Shown in pieces: positions 40,150 to 52,330 of a stretch of 64,000 bases of DNA (position 1 is the first letter of the stretch; each line of letters opens with the position of its first letter). The position numbers and the translations under genes are program-made. Source of the stretch: Camelus ferus (Eukaryota). The notes below the pieces were generated by a model that was not told the origin of the DNA, did no database searches, and was given only the letters and a program-made list of their open reading frames with translations. The stretch covers positions 39,248,001-39,312,000 of the forward strand of contig NC_045697.1 in the NCBI RefSeq assembly GCF_009834535.1. The letters are read 5' to 3'.

Positions 40150-40893
40150 AAGCATTTTTTATTGAGTTATAGTCATTTTACAATTTTGTGTCAAATTCCA
40201 GTGTAGAGCACAATTTTTCAGTTATACATGAACATACATACATTCATTGTCACATTCTCTTTCCCTGTGAGCCACCACAAGATCCTGTATATATTTCCCT
40301 GTGCTACACAATGCAATCTTGTTTATCTATTTTACATTTTGAAATCCCAGTCCCTTCCCACCTCCTGTCCCCCTGGCAACCACAAGTTTGTATTCTATGT
40401 CTATGAGTCTGTTTCTGTTTTGTATTTTTTGTTTGTTTGTTTGTTTTAGATTCCGCATACAAGTGATCTCATATGGTATTTTTCTTTCTCTTTCTGGCTT
40501 ACTTCACTTAGAATGACATTCTCCAGGAGCATCCATGTTGCTGCAAATGGCGTTATGTTGTCGGTTTTTATGGTTGAGTAGTATTCCATTGTATAAATAT
40601 ACCACCGCTTCTTTATCCAGTCATCTGTTGATGGACATTTAGGCTCTTTCCATGTCTTGGATATTGTAAATAATGCTGCTATGAACATTAGGGTGCAGGT
40701 GTCATTTTGGAGTAGGGTTCCTTCTGGATATATGCCCAGGAGCGGGATTCCTGGGTCATACGGTAAGTTTATTCCTAGTCTTTTGAGGAATCTCCATACT
40801 GTTTTCCACAGTGGCTGCACCAAACTGCATTCCCACCAGCAGTGAAGGAGGGTTTCCTTTCCTCCACAGCCTCTCCAGCATTTCTCATTTGTG
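40150..40893 (-). mobile_element. Younger lineage-specific L1, 5'-truncated (~740 bp)
   Basis: ORF 40446..40928 encodes an uninterrupted L1 ORF2 C-terminus ([21 protein letters not shown]). Same family as 62736-64000. Confidence 0.95.
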
Positions 40894-42994
40894 TAAACTC
40901 CCCCTCTCTGTAAGTTAGCTAGAATCATTTGTTGTTATGTGCCACCAAAGAATCCTGATGGATACCTCCTTCATTCCAAATGAGTAACATTTTATTATAT
41001 TGAACCTGAAAGTCTAGATGTAATTAATACTTTCATAGGGACTGACCATTTATAATGGTTTGGAGAGAGAAGGAGAATTTGAATATGCTAGGATAGTTGT
41101 GGCAAATGGATGAAAGCTCTCATTCAAGTATCAAATAAAGGAGCTTAACAAGAGACATTAATGGCATGTTTGTACAGAATTTCAGAGAACTAAAATACGG
41201 GAGAATTTTTTAAAAAACATTTTGAAATGTGATAACTCTACATTGGCTGTTGATAGAAATGAGGTGGATATGATAATTCCTTTCTTTCTAAGTTCACAAT
41301 ACAGTGGAAAATGCAGTGACCCATGAATCAGATTTGGAGGCTATGTCACTTATGTCCCCTCTAAGAAGGTAATGTTTCTCACTGAGTCTCAATTTCCTCA
41401 CACAGAAAATGCTCACTGCTGTCTGACATTGAATTCTGGGGTAGTTTGTTACATAGCAATATTGCAGCAAAAAACAACTGATAAGATGGGTTATAAATAT
41501 GTATGGGATTAGATGAGTTCCCCCTTTTAAGGATAAAAAGGGGATAGTGAAAAAGGCTGAGGAATAAATCTAACAAACTCTGGCATTTAGAGCTAAGGAA
41601 GAAAAGCTACCCAAGCTGGACTGGACAGAAAGACAGAAGAAAATGAATAGACTGTGGGTCATGGAGGCTGAGAGAGGCATATATTTCAAAGAAGAAACAT
41701 TCATGTGTTGAATGTGCCTAAGAGGTCAACTCAGATGAAGGCAGAAAGTCTTTGGGATTCATCCACATCAAGGTCATGGTGATTATAGCATGAGGCTGGG
41801 TGGAATGCAGTGATGAAAGCTGCATGAGCTTTATGAGTTAAATAATGAGCAGCTAGTGAAAAGACAATATATCCCTCAGACACCCAAGGGCAGAGGATGG
41901 AAAAAAAGGAGTTTGGAATGACTAAGGCCAGGCAGGTGGTCAGCACTGTGGACTAAGTCTCCAAGGTCCCAGGACAAAAGGGGCAAAGTCAAGTTGTAGA
42001 TCTGACAAGTGGAGAGATAATGGACAGTCAGCCATGCAGAGCAACATCTGGGTCAGCACAAGAAAGCACAGTAGTTTGAAGTAGGAAGAAGTTCTGCCTG
42101 TGTCCCTGGGGCTCCTGGTCCCTCTGCTGGCATGCCCCAGGTTGTGGACTGCCCCTTGGGGATAGATGTTCTGCTCTTGCAGGTCTCTCATGCCTTCTCC
42201 TGGGATCATCTTGCCTCCCACCTAGACATAAGCCCCACAAGGAAAGAATCTACCACTTTTCCCGAGAGGTTAGCCCACAAATAGAGGGAACACTTTTGAG
42301 AACTCAGCTGTGGCCCCAAAAGCCACTGTGATGGCGAACGGACTCTTCTGAGGTCATGACACCCCCCCCCCCACTTTAATGGTTCTAGGAGAAAATTTTG
42401 TTTGGGCTAAAGGCCCCTGCCAAAATGTTTAAGGAGCTCTTGTATCAGGATGAACTGTTGAAAAGGAAAAAAAAAAAAGACATTAAAAATTGTTAAAATT
42501 TAGATCTTTCCAAACAAGCATATTTGACACATATTCTTATAAGCTATCATTTCATGTATATTTCCTCCCTCCCCTCACCATGGGAATATTAATTATGAGT
42601 TCAGACTAAAGCTGCTGGATTCTTGGCAGGCAGAGCATCACCCAGCCATATATCCACTCTACAAATGAGAGGTGGAGATATGATACCATGACCTTTGAAT
42701 TCCCATCATGGGGGTGATAGGGAAGAGGCTGGGAAACAGTGCCAGTATGCTGGACAATAATAATAATCCAAAACTATTTTTTCCCCTGTTTCTTTACAGA
42801 TTGCAGTGCACTCACCTTATCTTCTAATACATTTGTGTTTCTTCTCTTTTTACTTTTGGAGGCTTTGGGGTGAGTGAGGGGAGGATATACTTCTCTTGTG
42901 TAACAACAGATTACCTGTTGTTTCTATAGAGAAATATAAGAGCAATGTCTGATTTTTCAAAAGAAACTAACCATCATTTATGTTAACATCCCCC

Positions 42995-45640
42995 AAGTGA
43001 AATATTTAGGTATAAATCTATCTAACAAAATACATACAAGTTCTGTGAGGAAATCTACAAGACTCTGGTAAATGAAATCAAAGAACTAAATAAATGGAGA
43101 GATACTCCATGTTCATGGATAGGAAGACTCAGTAATCCTCAGTAATAGCAAAATATCAGTTCTTCCCAACTTGATCTATAAATTTAATGCAATACCAATT
43201 AAAATCCCAGCAAGTTTATTTGTGATCTTGACAAACTGATTCTATAGTTTATTTGGACAGGCAAAAGTCCTAGAATAGCCAACATAATATTAAAGGAGAA
43301 CAAAGTTGAAGGACTGATGCTACCAAACTTCAAAGCTTACTATAAAGTTATAGTAGTCAAGACAGTCTGGTATTGGTGAAGAATAGACAAATAGATCAAT
43401 GGAACATTGATGTGTCATCAGAGTCCAGAAATAGGCCCACATAAATATAGTCAAGTGATCATCAACAAAAGAGCAAAGGCAATGCAATGGAGCAAAGATA
43501 GTCTTTTTCAACAAATGGTGCTGGAACAACTAGACATACACATGCAAAAATATGAATCTAGACACAGAGCTTACACCCTTCACAAAAATTAATTCAAGAT
43601 GGATCATAGACCTAAATGTAAAATGCAAAACTATGAAACTCCTAGAAGATCACATAGAAGAAAACCAAGATGACCTTTAGATACAACCCCAAAGGCATAA
43701 TCCATGAAAGAAAGAATTGATAAGCTGGATTTCATCAAAATAAAAAACTTCTGCTCTATGAAAAACAACATCAAGAGAATAAGAAGACCAACTACAATAT
43801 GGGAGAAAATATTTTCAAAAGACACACCTAAAAAAGGAGTTATTCAAAACATAAAAAAACTCTTAAAACTCAGTAAGAAAACAACCTGATTAAAAAATGG
43901 CCAAAAGGAAACTCTCCTACACTGTTGATGGGAGTGCAAATTGGTACAGCCACAATGGAGAACATTATAGAGGTTCCTAAAAAAACTAAAAATAAAGTTA
44001 CTATATGATCCAGCAATCCCACTCCTGGGCATATACCTGGAGAAAACTCTAATTCATAAAGATACATGTACCCTGGTGTTCATAGAATAGACTTATTTAC
44101 GATAGCCAAGGTATGGAAGCAACCTAAATGTCCATTGACAGATGAATGGATAAAGAAGATGTAGAATATATACACACAATGGAATACTACTGAGCCATAA
44201 AAAAGAATGAAATAATGCCATTTGCAGTAACATGGATGGACCTACTAACTAAAGTTAACTCAGAAAGAGAAAGACAAATATCATATAGTATCACTTACAT
44301 GTGGATCTAAAATATGATACAAATGAATATATTTATAAAACAGAAAGAGACTCACAGACATAAAAAGCAAACTTTTGGTTGCCAAAGGGGAAGGGGAGTG
44401 GGGATGTATAAATTGGGAGTCTGGAATTTTAGATACTAACTACTATATATAAAATAGATAAACAACAAGGTTTGACTGTATAGCACAGGAAACTATATTC
44501 AATACCTTGTAATGACCTATAATGGAAAAGAATATGAAAAAGAATATATATATGTTTATAACTGAGTCAGTATGCTGTACACCAGAAACTAACACAGCAT
44601 TGTAAATCGACTATACTTCAATTAAAAAAATAAATAAAATTTTTAAAAATGGCCAAAAATCTTAACAGACACTTCACCAAAGAAGATATACAGATGGCAG
44701 ATAAGCATATGAGAAGATGCTCCACATCATATGTTGTCAGAAAAATGCAAATTAAAACAACAACAAGATACCACAGCACACCAGTTAGAATGACCAAAAT
44801 CCAAAATAATAACACCAAATGCTAATGAGGATGTGGAGCAACAGAAACGCTCATTCATTGCTGGTGGGAATGCAAAATAGTACAAATACTTTGGAAGATA
44901 GTTTGGCAATTTCTTAAGAAACTAAACATAATCTTAATGTATAATCCAGCAGTTGCACTCCTTGGTATTTACCCAAATAAACTGAAAACTTATATTCATA
45001 CAAAAACCTGTACATGCATGTTTATAGCAGCTTTATTCATAATTACCAAAACCTGGAAGCAACCAAGATGTCTTTCAGTAGATAATTGTATAGCTAAGCT
45101 ATGGTATATCCAGACAATGGAATATTATTTAGAGCTAAGAAGAAATGAAATGACATGGAAGAACCTTAAATGAATATTACTAAATAAAATAAGCCAGTCT
45201 GAAAAGGCTACATACTGTATAATTCCAATCATATGACTTTCTGGGAAATAGAACTATGGAGACAGTAAAAAGATCAGTGTTTTCCAGGGGTTAAAAGGGC
45301 AGGGAGAGAAGGAATGATTAGGTGGAGCACAGAGTGAAATAGGACACAAAATACTCTGAATGGTACCTAATGATGGATACATTGTCATTATACGTTTATC
45401 CAAACCCATAGAATGTACAGCACCAAGAATGAACCCTAATGTAAACTATGGACATTGGGTGATAATGATGTGTTCCTGTAGGTTCATCTGTTATAACAAA
45501 TGTACCATTCTGGTGGGGGATGTGGGTAGTGGGGGAGGCTGTGCATGTCTGGGGACAGGGAGATATGAAAAATCTGTATATCTTCCTATCACTTTTGCTG
45601 TAAATGTTAAACTGCTCTTAAAAATAAAGGCTTAATTTAG
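42995..45640 (+). mobile_element. Older L1 (L1MB-like) ORF2/3'UTR fragment hosting a nested L1
   Basis: ORF2 motifs (KLDFIKIKNFCS, KTWKQPRC) and 3'UTR 'accaagaatgaaccctaatgtaaactatgga'. Confidence 0.9.
43907..44644 (+). mobile_element. Nested younger L1 3' fragment
   Basis: Has its own 3'UTR and A-tail, flanked by a perfect 14-bp TSD aaaaatggccaaaa (43893-43906, 44645-44658). Confidence 0.92.
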
Positions 45641-46196
45641 AATAAAGATTAATAGTGCTTCTGGAGTGAGATTAGGAATTTTTTAAAGCTTCTTTAAATT
45701 TTTTGTATTCTAAAACTTAGAATATTGTATATTGTATTGTTGATGTTTGAGTTAATCGTATTTCTCAACTCAGTTGATGAGCATTAGCCTGTAAAGGACC
45801 CCATCTTGTTTAGTTAATTAAGTAATTAATTAACTTCTCTTTATCTTTCTACACCACTTCTTTCCTTCTTCTCATGGGCCACCATGGCCCTCATTCCATT
45901 TTTATATGTTCTTATAGAAAGGATACTATATCAATATATCTATTTCTATTGTATAATTTTTTTTTAAAGAAACAAAATACTGATGGTATCTTTTTCAACT
46001 AGTCTCTCTACATGTGTAAATAGTAAGGAAAGGGAAAGCCAAATTCTAGGCAATAATAAATGACTAGTGCAATAGTAATTAATGAAAGGGATCTATAATT
46101 AAGAAAGATTGTATTAAAAATTGACTTAGAATGTCATTAGTAAAACTGTAATAATTTAGTTAAATATTCTGAAAGGGACCTAAAGATCAGTGCATA

Positions 46197-46527
46197 TTTG
46201 CACTTATATGTGGAATCTAAAAGACAAAACAAATGTAACAAAAAGAAACAGACAAATACAGAGAACAAAGTGGTGGCTGCCCTCTTAGGGGAGAGGCGGT
46301 CAGGGGATGGGTGGAATAGGTGAAGAGAATTAAGAGGTTCAAACTACCAGTTCTAAAATAAATAAGTCATAGCAATGTAATGTACAGCACAGAGAATGTA
46401 GCCAATAATATTGCAATAACTTTGTATGGTGTGTAAGCTATAAAAATGATCAAATCACTGTTGTATTCCTGAAACTAATACAATATTGTAAGTCAACTAT
46501 ATGGCAATAAAATCAATTGATTTTTTA
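46197..46527 (+). mobile_element. L1 3'UTR fragment with TSD
   Basis: 'cacttatatgtggaatctaaaa...gtaagtcaactata'. TSD aaagatcagtgcata (46182-46196)/aaagatcagtgtata (46528-46542). Confidence 0.9.
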
Positions 46528-49019
46528 AAAGATCAGTGTATACACAGTTGGTAGAATAAATAAGGGTAGTAAAAATTACATAAAATACAATTACACATGA
46601 TTATGCCTGGTGCATAGTAGATGATCACTAAATATATATGAAAGAATGTTGGTAATTCATTGTTAGTATCCCAAAAAAACTCTATTACTTGTTATATGGC
46701 AGATGGACAAGATAGCTTGAGACAGGTCATCCTGTTTATCCCTGTTCTACTAATTTAAGTCAGAATTTCCTGGAATTTGAGGTCTCTTAAGACAGGTAAG
46801 GCTCACAGATCCTTCCCTTGAAATTAAGTCTGCCTGGCCTAGGTTACTTGTAGACATTACTTGTTATGGAACTGAGAGCGCCACATGAAGCTGACCCACT
46901 GTTAAGATCAGTTAGGCAGATCGGGGGTTTGTTTTTCTTTTTTTCTTTATGAAATGTGTTGGCAAATATTAACCAGTGATTAGGATCCCAGATTGCATTA
47001 CGGTGACGACATTACAGTCCGTCACTACTGGTGACGTGGACAAGGAGGCAAACAAAGGTCTGTTTCATTAAGGAAGAAATAAATAACAGCCGAGGAAGGG
47101 GTTGCACAATCATTTTTTTCTGCAGCTCTTTGCAGGGCTGGCAGGAAATGAGTGAGGAGGAAGGAGGGCTGCATTTGCCTCCTCCTTCAGGAGTGGACAC
47201 AATTATCCCCATGTCAGCCCAGGCAACAGAGCTGCCAGAGCGGATCTTATCCAACTGTCCGCAAATCCGAATCTGTTCCGAAGAAGGGAGGAGAGCTACC
47301 CTTTTGTCTTTTACCTCTGAATTCCTTTTTTTTCTGTTGATTCCAAGGTACTCAAATACAACCTAAGGTCAAAGAAAATACTAACCCCATACAGCACTGA
47401 GTGGATGCTGGCTCTGGGCAGGGAGGATGCTATTACTTTATTATGGGTGAGAAGATCTTGAATAGTAAAAGGTAGGCATCACTGGTAAAAATTGAAAAGT
47501 AGGTATGCAGCTTTTGTTCTGATCCTCAAATTGCAGGGCCAGACCTGCCTGCTATGTGCGCTCTCTTCTCAGACAAAGGCACTGCTTTACTCTTAGGTTA
47601 GTTGCTTTCCTCCCCGCCACCCCCACGTGTACACTACACATGCACGTGTGAGCACACACACACGCACACAATTTGCCTGGCCCCTTACTGGAAAATGTAG
47701 AAGCCACCAGGACACGGTGCTTGTCAGAGAGGCTGAAGCTCCTCTGGCCACATCTACAGCTCCCATGCCTGTCCTCATGATCTTCAGGAGATTTAAAGCC
47801 CAGTTTGTCATGGCTATTGGATTAATGCTATAACCGGGACTATCTGGGACTTGGGAACAAATTTACTAAACTTGCAGAGACATGTAGTGAATTTACCAAA
47901 TCTTTCTCATTAAGAAAAATAAATGATCCACCAAAAAGATGTGATTCCCTCCCTCTGTCTTATTTTCAACATTTCTAAAGCTCTATGTGTTGGATTCTGT
48001 GTTGGACACCAGAGGCCCAAGTGGAACACGTGGCTACCTCTTATTTGGAATTCCAAGTTAAGCTCTCTGTCAATCTTTGGATCACTATAGATACCAACTT
48101 GGTAGGTTTTAGTCAGCATTTTTAAGTGGAATGGAATTAAATAGAAATATCAAAAGTATTGTTTTTACTACCATTTTATGTTAGTGGACTAGATAAACAG
48201 TTGAATACAAATGTGCGTACTGGGTTGTGAGGTAATTATTTTTTTACACTGGATTGGGTCAAAACAGCTTGAAATCCACTGGTATAGCTAATACATTGAC
48301 AGAGAAATTCAGTGATATCTTAATTTTCCCACTGAAGCAAAAAACCCATTTACCACAATTGTTTTAAAACAATTAGAAACATGCCATCGGTAAAGTACCA
48401 AACAAAATCAGGGGAAATGGAAGTTTGAGTTGAACGCCCGAAGACTAATTGAAAACGTGAAAAGAAAATTTTATTTTTCTAACTCTTAAAGTAGTAAGTG
48501 CTGTGACAATCGCGACTACCGTAGTGGTAGGACTGACCGTAACACTCTGAGAGGAGGTTCCTTATATGATTGGCAGAGGTATGTGCAGTGTGGTAAAGCA
48601 TGACCCGTCTCAATATGCCAACACCAGCTGTTGCCATTTTGTGACTTCACTGCCTTCCCCTTTCCACCTGCTTCCTGCAGTCTCATGTTAAAAACCTAAT
48701 TTTTACAGCCTTCTCACCAACATGCAGACCCAGTCTCTAGGTCCTTGTTTTCTCCATCATCCTCTCTAAGCAGTTAGAGTTCAAGTCCTGGAAATTCTTC
48801 CTTCAAAAGGTGTATTGCATCCAAGTCTTCCTCTTTTCACTTCCCTTCTCACTGCCTCTCCAGACTGCTCTTTTCAGCACCTGTCCATCCTGTCTCCTGC
48901 ACTCCCTGCAGCATACCCCACATATCCCGTGTACTGCCGACTGGTCTTTGATGCTGCCATTGCTACCCAGTGTGCCTCATTCCTATTTCTAGCACTTTGA
49001 TGAGCTGAAAAAAAAAATT

Positions 49020-49230
49020 GAGCTCTGTAAGTCAGCAGTATTGCTTATTAGCTATTTATTGACGTTGGGTGAGTTCATTAAATTTGCTGAGCTTCAGTTT
49101 CATCAGCCCTAAAATGTGAGTTAAATGAGCACTACCTCATAGGGTTATTGCAGGTTTGAAATGAGGTGATGTTTCGGCAGTCTTTAGGACGTAAGAACAC
49201 TAGAGCATAGTAGGTGCTCAATAAAATATG
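49020..49230 (+). mobile_element. MIR SINE
   Basis: 'ctgagcttcagtttcatcagccctaaaatg...ctacctcatagggttattg...tagtaggtgctcaataaa'. Confidence 0.75.
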
Positions 49231-51599
49231 TTTCCACATCATAGCACATCGTTAACTTCTATGGCAGCATGTACATTCTTCAGAACAATACTCAACTTTC
49301 CTTAGCCTGACAGACTGTGTTTGTGTTGTCACAGCCTCCTGATTCCCAGGCTCAGCACTGCACCTCTCCTTGAGCACTGGGAATGTTTGCCTTCTCCCTC
49401 AATCGCCACTTTTACAATGCATTCGTCTCCTTCTCTGCTGCATCACAGTCCAGCTTCTGCATCTTGTTTTCTGTCATTCGCTCGGCCCTTAGCAGTATAT
49501 GTGATTAATTATTGTTTCTCCAAGGTGTATCTTGATGCATGAGATTTATAGAACAGGTGTCATAGCAAATGAAAAAGTAAAAATGCCAAACGTGGTACAA
49601 CACACATAAGAAAAAATATGTTTGGAAGATTAAGAAATAGATGAACCATTTGTATTTCCAAACAGTGAGGTCTACATTTGTCTGGCAACTTTGATAAGTT
49701 AATTTGATTATAATGAACTGATCTTTGTTTACTTAGCGTCAAAGCAAATTACAGGGAGGCTGACTTACTCACCAGATTTTATATTGACCCCAGAGGTTAG
49801 CAATGCGAAGCCACCTTCTTCATCCCTGAGGAGCTGTACTAAGGCCATCAGATAAAGGGAAGCCCTGTATCCCTGTTTCTCCCACTCCTTTTGTCCTTTT
49901 TATGGTAAATAAATTTACCACATCTCTTTCCTCACTTCCTTTATACTTTTTTGTGTCACTATGTCTTCTGCTTTGGTAACTTTGAAATAGTAATTAATCA
50001 ACAGGTTTCAGGTAATATTTCTCCCCAAATGAGAATGAGAGATACCCAAGCTGACTAAGAATAAATAAATACTCAAGATTTCCATGCTGTCAATTGGTTA
50101 AATTAAGCTGACAGTTCTAAAACAAGATTTTAAGTGAAAAGGACATGTATTGTCTTGGTTCCTCAAATACTTGACTTAAAGCTTAGTGCAATGAGAACCC
50201 TACTGCTACAGAAAAATATTCCTGTCTCTCCACAGACATTTTTGAGCACTAATTATGTGTCAGACCACATAATAAGAGATTGGATTCTTTGGTAGTGTCT
50301 AATCATTTTCTTGACAATGAAACGGGAATTGCTGTTGTTCAATCTGTAGTTTGTTTGTTTGTTTTTTTCAACACTTGAGTAGGCTTGAAGAACTGTGTTT
50401 TGTCCTGTATGGGAGAATATGGTTCTAAGTAATGGGTATCTTGACCATAATCCAACCAAAATTTCATTTAGATACAATCACCTCTTGTATCGTGCCTGCT
50501 GTGGTTAACAATTTCTGTGATAAATTTCCTAGTTGAGAGATTAAGCCTTAGAAATGATTCACTATAAGAAGAGTGGATACAAAGTGCACTAGCCTTTTGG
50601 GGGAAGGAAGAGCAAGACCAGGCAGATAGGGTTGTGGAGGGATGGGGTAGACTTTTTAATACAGACCTACTTCCAGAAACGTGCCCTGAAAGAGATGTTT
50701 AGTGATACACTATTAGTGAATTGCCCTCTTTTTAATAACTGCTTCACACATGAAGCATGCTAGTCTACTGGAAAAAAAATCATTATTGCTCAGTAGAATA
50801 ATTAACTAAATTTGTAGAGGAAACCCAGCAGGAAGGGTGAGAAGTAGGAACCACCTATGGTGGTCATCTCTGACAAGTATCATTTGTACCAGAGTATTAA
50901 ATATTGTCTTAAAAATCAGAAGAAATGTTCCCTTCAAGGAACCAATTACTAACTTAGAAAGGTGTAGAGGGTCCTTCCAGGTGGAAATAAATTTTGCCAT
51001 CCCACCTTCCTTGAACCGTGATAGCATGTATATAAAGCAAACCTCAAACATGCTTCACCCCTTCCCTCCTTCCGACCCATATCCTTCAGCTCTGCCTTAC
51101 AGTCATCCAAGAGCTTGTATCAGACTTCACTGATTTTCTTACTGACATAGCCTGTTTCTCACAAGAGGTATAAATATTTAACCACTGTCTCTCTGGGAGA
51201 AAAGCATCCCCCGGATTTGTAGTTTGCTGGTTCTGTGGTGTCAGTAGTCCCACCACGGGCCCCCATGGCAAGCTCTGTGCTGTTGCTGATTGCAGAGTTA
51301 CCGAGTACGGAGGTCAGCTGTGTGCGGCAGCTCCCGCACACTGCTGGTTGTAGACCTGCTATCCCTTCTGTCACCACTTATGTGCCTCACTAGTGGCTCC
51401 GGATTTTCTATATAAAAGGGAGTTGCAGGACCTGTGGATTTGGAAAGGGAGGCTGTGTATTAACATGAGATGTTAATTAATGATGAAATGTTTGTTTGGA
51501 GTGAGTGAAGGGCATAGACGGCAGTGGAGGAGTAGCTACAGCTCCCCAATTCATGCCATTCACCCACCCTTGGCACAGCCACCCATGAAAAGTCTTCCA

Positions 51600-52330
51600 G
51601 TCCAACCTTGGTCCCTGGTCTTTAATCATCTTGTCAACCTTCCCAACATCCACCCCATCGCTGTGATACGAAATCTTGGAGTCATTCTTAATTCCCTCCC
51701 TGGCCTTGCTTTCCACATGGCACTGGTCATTAAATGCTGCCAGTGCCACCTGTGCCATGGTTTGCACATCCCTGTTCTCTCTGTAGTCTTTATGTTGACA
51801 GCGTTGATGGACTTTGTGTGCCAGTAACCCTGTACTTGATCTCCCTACATATGGATCCTTTTCCGCTAGTCAGTGCAATTTGAAATCTGTGTCCTTTGTA
51901 AACCAATTGACAAGTTGTCTCACTGGCTTGTTGGAAAAACTCTTGTAGCTTCCTATTGCCTACCGGAAAAAAAACCAAATTCGTTAACAAAGCCATTAAG
52001 GCTTTCTGGCCTCACCCGATCTAACATCTCAATAGCCAGTTTTGTGTAACTACATACCAGTATTGGTTGTTTTCCAAATAGCACCCCATCTGGTAAGCCA
52101 GGCACCTGCAGGCCTGTACTACCTGATACGCATTTTTAGTGATACCCTGCATGTAAGTTCAGTAGGTTTAACTTCACAGGACAACCCACTCTTCTTTGAA
52201 TAACTAGTATATTTTCCCAAGTCTGTGTCTTTCTTTTTGTGGATTCCTCTGAATTCCTCCCCTTTGTACAGTTGAAATCTTCCCAGTCATTCAAGGTCTG
52301 ACTCAAATTCATGTAGCACTTATAGGCATT
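51600..52330 (+). mobile_element. L2 fragments
   Basis: 'aaatcttggagtcattcttaattccctcc' and 'cattcaaggtctgactcaaat'. Confidence 0.55.

Noticed and set aside
47624..47648. Second pair of CACGTG E-boxes
   Set aside because: The 13-bp spacing and position within a decayed CA-rich tract make it likely incidental.
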